The position numbers and the translations under genes were made by a program. The notes below the pieces were generated by a model that ran no database searches, was not told where the DNA came from, and saw only the letters and a list, made by a program, of their open reading frames with translations. This document shows positions 14,401-26,400 of a stretch of DNA of 64,000 nt, piece by piece. Each line of letters opens with the position of its first letter. Position 1 is the first letter of the stretch. Source of the DNA: Mustelus asterias (taxonomy: Eukaryota); contig NC_135808.1 of NCBI RefSeq assembly GCF_964213995.1, positions 17,174,001 to 17,238,000 of the forward strand. Reading direction: 5' to 3'.

Positions 14401-17400
14401 AACCTATTTGTTATCTCTTCAAAGAACTCTAACAGGTTTGTCAGGCACGACCTCCCCTTACTAAATCCATGCTGACTTGTCTTAATCCGACCCTGCACTT
14501 CCAAGAATTTAGAAATCTCATCCTTAACAGCGATACATCAAGTGTGATAGTCGGAACTCGGGCCAGTTTCGCAGCTTTCATTAATGGCAGGAGCCACACG
14601 TTCTACGCTGTGACTTAATGGAAGTCCTGACACATTTCATTAAGTCCTGCGTCAGGCCTCACCACATATTCGAGCAACTCGGATAACTCGGCATTTGCAC
14701 GTTTTCCCACAACCTACATTTCCTCCTCCTCTTCCTGTACCTCATCCTGCTCTTCCTCCGTGTGCTCTGTCCTAAAGCCTCAGCGCCCTTAGGTCCAGAA
14801 CTCTCCGGTGGATCAAGTTTTTGATTTTGCGGCAGACCACCACGATAAGCGGGATTCTTGAAAGAAAGTACTGCAGGGCTCCATCCGACTGGCCCAGGCA
14901 CCAGAATCACATCGTCAGAGGCCCTAAGATCTGCTCGAAGTTTGTCTGAGTGAGCAGATGGCTTCCGTTGTGTGACATCTGTAACTCTGTCTGATGTTCG
15001 CACAGATGGAGACCAGCGGACATCTATTCAAGAAAGTGTGTCTCCCTCCATTCACTTAGCCGGCTGAATGAACTTGTACATGCAATTATTTGACATTCTT
15101 AATGAGTCAAGCGGGATCTCAGGTTTCACTACCCACCTGCCCTGCTCAAATCCACCAGCATGTGGAGCGGCGTCAGAAAGCCATCTCACCTGCCGACTAT
15201 GCTATTTCCATCCACCAGTTACTAATGCTCCCAACCCCAGTGGGGTTAAAAAATGCAGTTCCCATAACTCAAATATTTAAGCCGAGAATGAAATACAATA
15301 GAATCAATCACAACGAGTCACAGGAAAAGACGAATTCATTGAGAAATAAGTTGTAAAAAAAACTTCATTTGTATTCGAAAGCAAGGGACAATAAATTATT
15401 GTACTCGTTGAGCTGGAACATTATGCAAGAACGGACGAAGGTACTTATAGCAGTGGATTGAGGTAAACGACCTTGCTCAATAAAAATGCATGGCTCAGTT
15501 AAAGGGGGTTGAAGATCATTGCAGAGTGTAGCAAATTCCCATGTTGCACATGGCCTTCTACAGACTCGACAAGCAACTGGGCCGTTTGATCTTCGCATGC
15601 ATTCACTCACTCCACCACCGATGCTCAGTGGCTCCATCTGTCCAATGCACAAGTTCACTTCACTGCAGCAATTCTCCAAACTCCACTCAACATGGTTTAA
15701 AACCGCTACGTGGAAGAAGAAGGTAACAAGCCTCCTGCCACGCCTCATACCGATTTGCCAATATGCCGTTGCTCCTGCACTGCCTTAAGTACCTTCGCTT
15801 TCACCGACGTACTGGAGCTGCCTCCCTGAGATCACCATGGGGTGCCGATAGAACCTGATCTACAGCGGTTCAAGAAAGCTACTCAACACAACCCTTCTCA
15901 AAGGCAATCCAGGGCGGGCACTTCTAGTTGCTTGCCAGTGCGGCTCAAATCCCAAGGGCCAAGTGACGTTTCTGGGTTCATTATACTGATCGAGCTCTGT
16001 GCATGATCCACCAAAATGTAATCTGTAAATAACGAATCGGTAAGGTATTTTACTCATGGAAACATAGGGAAACGATGGAAAACATGACGAAAACATAATA
16101 GCACATGGCAAGTTTGAGAAAGGATATTAACTTTCCGAGTCCAATGTGGCTCCTCTTCAGAACGGGACATCTTCGTTATTGTGGCGCTTTCGTAAGAGCA
16201 TGAGGAATATTTGTCCGTGTTCTAAAGAAGGTTGCAAAGAGGAAGATGAAAAGAATTGAAGTAGTAAACCATGCATTCAAGAGCGGAAGTAGATAGACAT
16301 GGTCTCAAACATTGTCACATATACAAAGATAAAGAAAAGAGATAAAAGAAACCTCCTCACTATATGGAGGCAGTGAGGTGATGCAAGAGTAGTAGGCTGA
16401 TTGACACAGAGAGGAGAACGAAGGGAAGTGTTTCCGAGCTTTACAAAGAATCAGGTGAGAACACATTAAAGCAATACGAGTTACAAAACTATGCATACTA
16501 ATTTCTTCCGTTTTTCCATTTACCCACGACAATGGTATGGAAGGGTTGCCTAATTGATGTTAATGACGATTAACCTGATAATTATAATGATCTGTTACTC
16601 TTGTAGAGATGGAGGATCATAAGAAAACTGATGGTGAGTAATTCTATAATGAGGGATATTTGGATAGAAGGTATTGAGCACTTGTTGTAAGAGCACACTC
16701 CTCTTTTAGATAAGAATGTGTACCAGTAGCCCCAGAACATCGAGCGCTCTTCGACATCTGGTCTTATTTTTACTACGCCTTCCAGGTGCAGTGGTTACTT
16801 TTCTGAACCATTTGTCTAAATTGAAGCCTCTATAATGTCCAATCATATAATAATACTGAAAATGCTGCTATATCTGTTACATGGTATTTTCTTTCTATTT
16901 TAATCAAATGCTTAATTAAAAGTAAGAACTCTTACAACACCAGGTTAAAATCCAAAAGGTTTACCTGGTATCACGAGCTTTCGGAGCACTGCTCTTTCAT
17001 CAGGTGAGTACCTTACCCGCTCAATTGATGGAGCAGCAGCGGTCAGATAACAGATAAACCTGTTGGACTTTAACCTGGTGTTGTGAGACTGTGCCCACCC
17101 CAGTCCAACGCATCTCCACATCTTAATCAAAAGTGACATTTGTTCTCCGTGTGCATTGCTAGCATTATGCTTTGCTTCTCCTTCATTTTACAGACGACAG
17201 AATACAGGAAGCTCGAACAGGTGAATATTCCTTCATTTTTGCTTCATTCGGCGGTCTATTTATCGTTTTCTTTATTTTTATGGAACATGAGAGTCCCTAG
17301 GAAAGTCCTCATTTGATGCCAATCCCTGATTGGGTCTGAACTGAGTAGCTTCCTCGGTTAAAGTCTAATTAAGCGTCAACCACAATGTTGTATGTCTACG

Positions 17401-20400
17401 GTACTTCGCTGGCTTTTTAAACAATTACCAACAATGATTTCAATTACACGTATTAACCAAATTTCAACCCATGTCAGCTGCCACGGGCAAACAGTGTTGT
17501 AGTATTGTCACTACACTAATAATCCAGAGACCGACGGCAAGACTTGGAGACCCGGGTTCAAATCCCACCACGGCAGATACTGAAATTTGAACTCAACAAA
17601 AATTTGTAATTAAAAATCTAATGATGACCATGAAACTATTAAGGAAATCTACCATCCTAATTGGTGTGGCTTACACGTGGCTCCAGATCCACAGCAATGT
17701 GGCTAACATGTAGGGCAGTTCGGGATGGGGAATAAATTCTGGCCCAGCCAGCGATGCCCATTACCCATAAAACATGTTTAAAAATGAATGCGTGTCCACA
17801 GAACATTAGCTTGAACCTTCGTATTACCAGCACAATGGCACTACCGCTCCGCTGCCGAAACCACCGTAAGATGCAGCGTCAAATTGCACTTGCGGTGTGA
17901 TATTTTTTTCAGCTATTTTCTTCAACGTTCGTGCAATTCGGCTTGTGTGGGCCTTGGAGAAGAATATTATGCAGCTTCTCTATCAGCCTTATGAAGTCGC
18001 CTTTAGTATTAAGTAGGAACACTCCCACAGGGGAAGAAAATAAGTTTTAAAAGTTTATTTATTAATGTCACAAGTAGGCGTCCATTAACACTGCAATGAA
18101 GTTACTGTGAAAATTCCCTAGTCGCCACACTCCGCCACCTGCTCGGGTACACTGAGGGAGAATTTAGCATGGCCAATGCACCAACCAACACGTCTTTCGG
18201 ACCTTGGGAGGAAAACGGAGCACCCGGAGGTAACCCACATAGACACGGGGAGAACGTGCAAACTCCACACAGGCAGTGACCCAAGCCGGAAATTGAATCC
18301 CCGGCCCGCAGTGCGAGCCATTGTGCCACCGTAAACAACTGCGAAAAGCAGCTAGAGTGTTGCTGACGACACCACCTGCTTAGTAGCAGCCATTCATCCA
18401 AAAAGAGCAGTCCAGTTGAATAGACATTGGTAACAACTTCCATCTTTTTCTGCAAATGGTACCAGGTGATAATTTACGTTTTCCCGAGATAAGTTCTCCT
18501 TTGGAGGTTCAATTCCAATAACAGCATTCCTGAATCGGCGGCTCTCGCTCGATCGTGCACTGTGACGGCAACCTAGGTTATGCGCTTAATTTTCTGGGGT
18601 AATTATAATCTGATCAATAAGGTTTGCTGGTTAAAAACCGGGGATATTTCTTCTCTTTAGTCTCCAAAGATCTAAAATGTCTCATGATGCTTATGCCTGC
18701 AATAAAAAAGCAACATTCGCTTGTTTACAGAACTCCAGAAATTACAGCAAATTCTTGCGGATGTCGGTAAGCACTGGTGTGCAGTTTAAACGGTCAGGAA
18801 AACATTATATTAAACGCCCTCGTCCGGTTTCACGCAATTGAGTTGTTGAATAAAAGGTATTGAATATTCCTCGATATCAAATTGTTTGCAGTCCTTATAT
18901 ATCGTTGCCAATTGAATTGCCAGTCTGCTCAACCCGTGGTTCAAAAATCAAGAACTGATGATACGTTTGCTGGTAATGGCGCGTGGATTCAGAAGCTAGT
19001 TATTCTTTGGCTATCTTAATCTTTCTGTATTCTCATTATATCATGTCCCCTTGCTTCAAGCATATCACGTTTGACTCGACTGTAAATTCCCTCATGAAGT
19101 TTTCTTCAGTTCCAGTAAAATAATGATCACAACAATATGATATTCATTTCTATAATACAACATGATTGAAAACATTTCGACATTTTATAGGCATAGAGAA
19201 AGGGCTGCTGCTCCAAACACAAACTGTTTGTAGCCAAGTGTAGCTCTTTCACAGGGAGGTCATTGAAAATGTAACGAAGAACCTTTTGTGCAACTTGGAA
19301 TATTTTACAATACATCGAATGGGACAGAGGTAGAAGAGCAGATTTGCAAGAACATTACTGAGAAGTGCATGCGGAATAGAGTAGCCACTATGGCAACTCC
19401 AATACTGAGTTGGGCATTATTTGTACTGACGATTGAGCGGGGGTGAATCGTTGAGTGTATATTCAGGAGAGCATTCTGAATCTGGTTGTTGCTGAACAAG
19501 ACAGGAGTCATTGCTGGATCTCGTCCTGAGAGGTCAAGTGGAGAACGTGGGGGCTATGGAATTCTATTGATAAGGCTTAGGTTACTTTGAAGTAAAACAA
19601 GAACCAATCTCGAAAAAAAACGAAGATTGACTAGAAGACAGCTACTTTCAGTGAACAGGGAAAGATTTTGGCCTGGTAAATTGGAGTCAGGCTGTCAAGC
19701 ACAAAATAAAACAATATTACATGGTTCCGGTGAAGTCGACGTATATTTTCTCAAGAGTAAAGCGAGGACAACCGAAGCCAGATCTCCCTAATGCTGAATA
19801 GATTAGCGGGTAGAATGAAGAAATAAATAGGGAGTATACTAGGTGGCAACTTGTTAATGCAAAGGGGAAAAGGCTGGACATATAAAGTACAGTATCCAGC
19901 GGTACAATAGCAGTTGACTAGCAACTGTCAGGGCAAGGAATCCAGTGTTGTTCTCGATGCAGAATAAGATAAAACGAAAATAACGATAAAAGGGTTGCTG
20001 ATGGACAAATGCGGGACAAAATCAAAGTTAGTTGCAGGAGGCAGAAGAGTTAGTTCAGGTGCTAAATGGTTACTTCATTGCCTAATAATGAAGAATACTT
20101 TTTTCAACTTTACAGTATAAACGACGATGATGTCAGAATGCTCTATGTGATAAAAGTTGAAAGGAGGGAGCACTGAGAAAAAATACACGGTTCAAAGTGA
20201 AGAAAAAGTCGCCCATTTCGGATGGGAAGAATCATAGATTGTTTGGAAAGGATGGGTGAGAAAGATTTTGAACCTCGCCACGTTCTTCCAATCCTCCTTA
20301 GACAGAAGAGTGCAGCCAAACATCTGAGAATTGCAAATGTTATATCTTTGTGTAAAAGTGTGCGGCAGGATGGACCTAGATAATTCAGTTGACGTTTGTT

Positions 20401-23400
20401 GGGAATAATTGTTTTGAAGCAATAATGCGGCAGAAGAAGAATGCATTTTTCAACGGGCATTGTATAAACACGAGTAAAGGCAGATTGATTAAGGAAAACT
20501 CCTCTTTGAATATCGTGATTGTGTGTTTCATGAGTTAACACAGAAGCTGATTGAAGACACTGCCGTTGATAGACCGTATATAGGCTTACAAAAGTGTGCA
20601 ATAACCTCCGATATAATAGACCAGTTAGCCAAAATTAAACCTATGGAAAAAGGAGAGCTTGAGAGCGTGGATTCAAACTCGGTTGACATATGAAAAATAA
20701 AGTGTTATTCTGTCTAACCAATATTTGGAACTGTGCTCCACGGGTGCTCCTGCTAGTGTTGTTCGTGATTACTATCAAGACTAGTAGTTGGTGTCTACAG
20801 CTCAATTTAGAAAACTTCATGTGGTGAAACAGCTTGGAACTAGGGTCAAGAAAAATATAATAGGCATTCAAGGGGACATAGACTGGTGAAGTGGGCGGGG
20901 ACGAAGTTAAAAAAACAACTTCAATGCAGGAAAATGCTGTTTCTTCGTGTACAAGTAATGAGAATAGATAGTAAAAATAAATGTAAAAGAGGATGCAGGA
21001 GAAGAAAGATCGTATGAGATTTTGAAAACATCTTTGGAGGTGTAAGAAGCAGTCTAACAAATTATACTGGATCCTGGAAATAATTATATGGAATAAAAGC
21101 CAGCAAATATGTTTAACATAAACCAAGCATGAATCCGGCTCCAACTGGAGCATTGTTTTCAATTTCGATCAAGAGGCTTTTGGAAGAGCGTGAAGGCTTT
21201 GAAAAAGAAATACATAAGACATACTAGTATATCTCCAGCGGTAATGGACTGCAGCCGGGTGGATAGACTGGCGATGTTGGAGGCGTTATTCCCAGAGCAC
21301 AGAAGGCTAAGGGAGATCAACTAGATTTGTATAAACTTGGAAAGGTTTTGCACGCAAAAACAGGTTGCAATGGCTGAAATATCAATTACCATGGAGCACT
21401 GCTTTAAGATAATTGGCAAAAGAGGCAGGGGATATTATAAATTGAATGGGTGGAATAGCCTCCTCGGTATTCTGCGTATCTATGATTCCCTGACGCAACA
21501 AAGTCCGAATTAGAAGCGTCAATTTAGTGGCCCGTATTAGATGAGCAAGAAAGCAAGTTTATGTAGCAGTTTAAGGATGCGTCACTGAATTCTCTCATTC
21601 CTTTCCTACATTCTGTGTCTTCTGTCCCAGAGCAACTACTACGTTTGAAAGATGAAGGTAAAATTATTTTCTCCATTTGGTTCATTCCGTCCATGGCATT
21701 CCAAATCTGTGAAACGGAGGCTGTTTTAATTTTGATTTTGTGCAGATGCGTAAGACACATAATAGAGAAAAATCAGCTCACTGCACATCTCTCCCGATAT
21801 TTATATCTACTGAGAAAGAACAGGGAAAGCTAGAAATATTCAGCATGTCTGGCAGCGTCTGTTAACAGGGAAACTTGGTTAAAGTTTCATGTCACGGCCT
21901 TTCATCAAAACCAGCTAAAGGCGTTCAGAAATTTAAGAGAAACAACAAGAGGATGTTGCACCGTAGTGATACGGAGAATGATAACCAGATTGTGACATAA
22001 AAGGTCAGAGTTTGAGTGATAAAGGAAAACAGTAAGTGGAGAGAGGTGAGTGGTAAGTGGTAAGTGGAGGTCCTCTCTGGAATACACACACAATTCGTAA
22101 TAGCTTCGATAAAACAACAGTACAAATGAAATAGGAATAAGCGGACATCATGTGAAAACGGAGCAAGGTGATCAGGCCTGGAAATTGAATATTGAAACGA
22201 ATTTGAAATCAAAGTTAAAGTCACTTATTATCACTGCATTGAAGTTCCTGTGGAAGCACCCTCGCCGCCACACTTCGGAGGCTTTTCGGGTGCACTGAGG
22301 CAAAATGTAGCAAGGCCACTGCACCTAACTAGCTGTGGACTGTGGGAGGAAAGGGAAGCACCAGGAAGGAACCCACGCAGACAGAGGGGGAACGTGCAGA
22401 CGCCGCAAAGACAGTGACCCCAAGCCAGGAATCGAACCTGGGTCCCTGGCGCTGTGAAGCAGCAATGCTAACCAATGTGCCACCGTACTGCGCCCACCAG
22501 GAATAGTTGGAAGAAAGCGAAAGGAGGTGGGGTATCTAGGTTATGAGGTCAGCAGAATAGTGACAAAGATGGCACGCGATTCCACGATTCAAAACCTGAT
22601 TGCGTGTGGTTAAGCAGCAGGTCGGGAAAGACCTCGGGTACGGAAGTAATTTTACTTCCTCCCCCCGCACGAAGTGTCATCCTGACTCGGATCATTGGCT
22701 CTATTCTCTCTCCACAGATGCTGTCAGACCTGCTGAGATTTTCCAGCATTTCCCATTTTTGTTTTCAGAGGAAGAAAGGGAACTTTTCAGCAGTTTTGGC
22801 TTCTGCGTGTGGGAGTTTGGAGAATAAAAGATAGACTTATTGAATCGTGTAAGATTCTTGGGGGGGGGGCGGTGAACAGTGTAGATGATGAGAAGGTACA
22901 CCCTTGGAAAATATAAATCTGGGTGGGTCACGACTTCAAAATAGGGACATTAGTCAACATAACGACGAGAGGGAATGATTAATCTCAGAGACCAATTGAT
23001 AACGGAAAATCTCTGTCCCAGAGAACCGAGGAGATAAAAAAGGTCATTAAATAAATTCAAAGCTGACGTTTACAGATTTGTGACGTACAAGGTCGTCGGG
23101 GCTTAGGGGGGACAGAAAGGAATGTGGATTAAAATCCAGATCTTCTGATTTTATTGAAAGGCACAGCAGGCTGGAAGAGCCAAGTGACCTGTTTCTGTTC
23201 TGATTCCTTAGTGGAAGAACTGTCGGCAGGGAACAGAGAGAATATTTCCTTTTGTTTTAGAGATAACCCTTAATGTTGACACCGAAAATTACAGGCATAA
23301 CATTGGTGTCCGTCAGTACCATGACATTGGTTCACGGGGAATCGATAGGGCTACGATGCATCTGCCTTCGTTTGCCTTACAAATACGCTGCGCTTTGAAA

Positions 23401-26400
23401 GGCTGCAAATTTGCTTTGAACCCTTTGTGAACTGTCGATGAAGGCTGCTCTTCACGTGCAGAAATCGGTAAGCTGTTTATTTAACAGTCCGCTTAGATTG
23501 AGAAATGTTTAAGAAAGGAAGTCTTGTGGTTTCAATGCTTCATCTTCTGCATGGTTTCTTCATTATTTGCAATTTTTCTATGCAGAGCTAAGGCAACTGC
23601 GAAAACAAGGTAGGAGCGGCAAGACAAATTACCTCGGGCTTTTATCATTGCAAAATATGCTGAAAAAGTGAAATTGTTTAGAGCGGTATTTGATGAAATG
23701 TCAAATGAATACGGGCCCATATGCAATGGCATAGAGAAATACTACAATCAAGAATAGTGAGAATGGAGGTCAGATCCTTAAAGGATCTGATGGATTAAAT
23801 TAAGGATGGGCGTTATTAGTTTTAATGAAACTTTATTTCCACCGATAAATATGCGAGAAAGCAAAAGTGATATTAATCAGAATAAGTTCAACACGTCTAC
23901 ATAAAAGAAATGGAAATTAAAAGGGTTAGATTAGTTCCAAAGCCATATTTCTAAAAATCTGAATGAAGGCCTGCTCGCTTTATTCTAAGTAGCTAGGATT
24001 TCAGGTAAATCCTTCGTAATAGGGATATTTAAATGTAAGTATCAAATCAATGTCGTGAAATAAATGGGCAACATGAATAATTTCTGGCACATTCTCGATT
24101 TGTGGTTGCAATTTCCTTCAAAACTATGAAGGGAATCCATTTCTACCATTTCAATTTGTGTTGGTCACATTTTTCTTTAAGAATGATCTATGTAGCGGGA
24201 GGCGCAGATCTCCAGTCCTGCTCCTGGATTCTACTAATTTACCCAAAGTTAATGTTCTTGTTCTGAGCATGTCAAATTAGTCAGATCAATGCAGGAAGGT
24301 GATACAGAACGGGTGTTTGAAACAGCCCTGACGTGTTGGTCCTCTACATGTTTTAGAGTACATATGTTTCGGCTAAGCTGTGAAAGTGGGTGACCGAATG
24401 AACCTTTTAGGCGGTGCATGGAAAACCATTAAAACGTTAAGCGGTTTTGGGTGACTTGATGATTCCTCCCATTTTGCTTGTGTGGCTTCACAAATGCAGA
24501 TAAGTGTAGGTAGCGAACGTACCATCACCATCTTGACTTCTGCCTTGAAAATTAATAGGCTTTGAGAAGTCAGTAAGATAACTCGACAAAGTTATTCTCG
24601 TCCTCTGCATACTTTCACGTAAAAGTGGCAGATAAACTCTCATGTCAAAGAGAGAAGAAAGTGGGGATTTCAGGCTTCTGCGAGAGGAAAGGCGTTTATG
24701 GTGAAGTGCTGAGCAAGCTGCGCCCATCCTGTTCTACCACCCAGTCGAATTTCACGATGTTTCCTTGACTGATGGCGAAGAAGGGCGCATATTATATTGA
24801 TGTGTCATACACAGTAATATGGGACAATAGGTCTCCAATATCACTTCAAATAAAGCCATAAAAGTAGACGAAACGTAAGTGAACGTTTTGACAGGACAAA
24901 GTTGAGTGCCGCTGAGGTTGAAGAATTTCGGGTCACCTACGTATATTGTAGCAAGTTTGTTTTCATAGGCACGCTTGTGGGAAACGGATCAGCAATTTAA
25001 AAACTCCTGGGGAATGAGGCGACAGGCAAACTGAATCCAAAAGTCTCAATGGCAGGAGGCAATGGGTAATAGTGAATGTTTCGAGGTTGGAAATCTGTTT
25101 CTCGTGAAGTTCACGAGTCTCAATGCTGGATCCCTTGCTATTCGCGACCGACATCATTGATTTGGACTTAAATGTCTGGGTCATGACAAGAAATTTGCAG
25201 TTGATAATTCTTCTTCTAGTTATTAATGAGAAAGACAGATACAGACTGCGAGTAATTATCAAGGGTTGGTCAGCAAGGCGTACAGTGGCCAGTGGCATTG
25301 AATTCTGAGAAATGATACATTGGGGAGAGGACAAATATAACACAGGCAATTCAATTCATCTCGGCAATTCAAAATCCTAAGATGCGGCAAAAATAGAATA
25401 ATAGTGAATCGACAAATTCTTCTCCAGCTCAGCTGATTTCCCTTTCCATTGCCGTTTCTGTCTCCCAACTGCTGAAAGTAAAACTGAAAGTTCATCACCA
25501 GAGTATGTATGTGAACAGCTTGCAATTAACAATTTGCCGAGATTCGGTCAATGTTCCAATGCGATTTGTGGAATTTAAAATCCGGCAGTGTGTGTAATAA
25601 GGTGTCAATCCGCTCTTGTCCATTTGCTTCTCCTGGCCAAAGATCAATTTCAACCCCATATGGTAATTTGTTACACTTAGTTAATGATTAAATCCGATAT
25701 TTCTTTCTGTCGGTCACTTTCATATCTAAATGCATTCAAATCATTACTTTTGTGTTTCCCCTTTTCACTGCGCAAAATCAAATGAATGAAAAGAAATATT
25801 ACCCGAGATCAAATTTCCTTCTGTGCAAGCCGTTTCGTTTCTTTGTTCTGTTCGGCAACTCTTCAGTTTAACATGTTCACTTTTCTTGCAGCTGCAGGCG
25901 TCCCAAGTTCAGGTGAAATGATTAATTCACAAACAAAATACTGGCAGCATCTACGGAGAGGTTTCAAGTCGATGATCTTTCATCAAAATTGGGAAAGGTT
26001 AGAGGTAAAAGAGATGTTAACCAAGTGTGGAGGCAAGGAAAAGGGGGACCCTTTCCTTGAAGTTCAGTGGAAGGCACAGGATCACAGAATTGTTGCTGTG
26101 CAGAAGGAAGCCCATTCGCTCTGTCGTGTCTGCACCGGCTGTCCCAATGATCATCATAAATTAGTGCCAATACCCCGCCCTTTTTTAGTGACCCCCGTAT
26201 ATTGTTTTTATTCTAATAATCATCTAATGCCCTCTCGAATACCTCGATTGAACCTGCCACCACCACACGTTCAGGCTATGCATTCCAGACCGAACCACTG
26301 GCTGTGAGAAAAAGTTTTTTGTCACGTCATATTTCCTTCTTTTGTAAATCACTTTCAATTGTACATCCTCGTTCTCGATCCTTTTACGAGGGGGCACAGC

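Noticed and set aside
10172-14504. Long RT ORFs (378 and 411 aa) as host genes or a retron-like system
   Set aside because: They are 5'-truncated CR1 ORF2 pieces with CR1 3' tails; the antisense ORFs over them are shadows.
20143-21162. 152-aa and 173-aa minus-strand ORFs
   Set aside because: Antisense to a decayed CR1, with no recognisable protein features.
21746-21749. ttttgtgcag|ATGC|gtaaga 4-nt exon
   Set aside because: Good-looking sites but frameshifting, with no compensating exon found.
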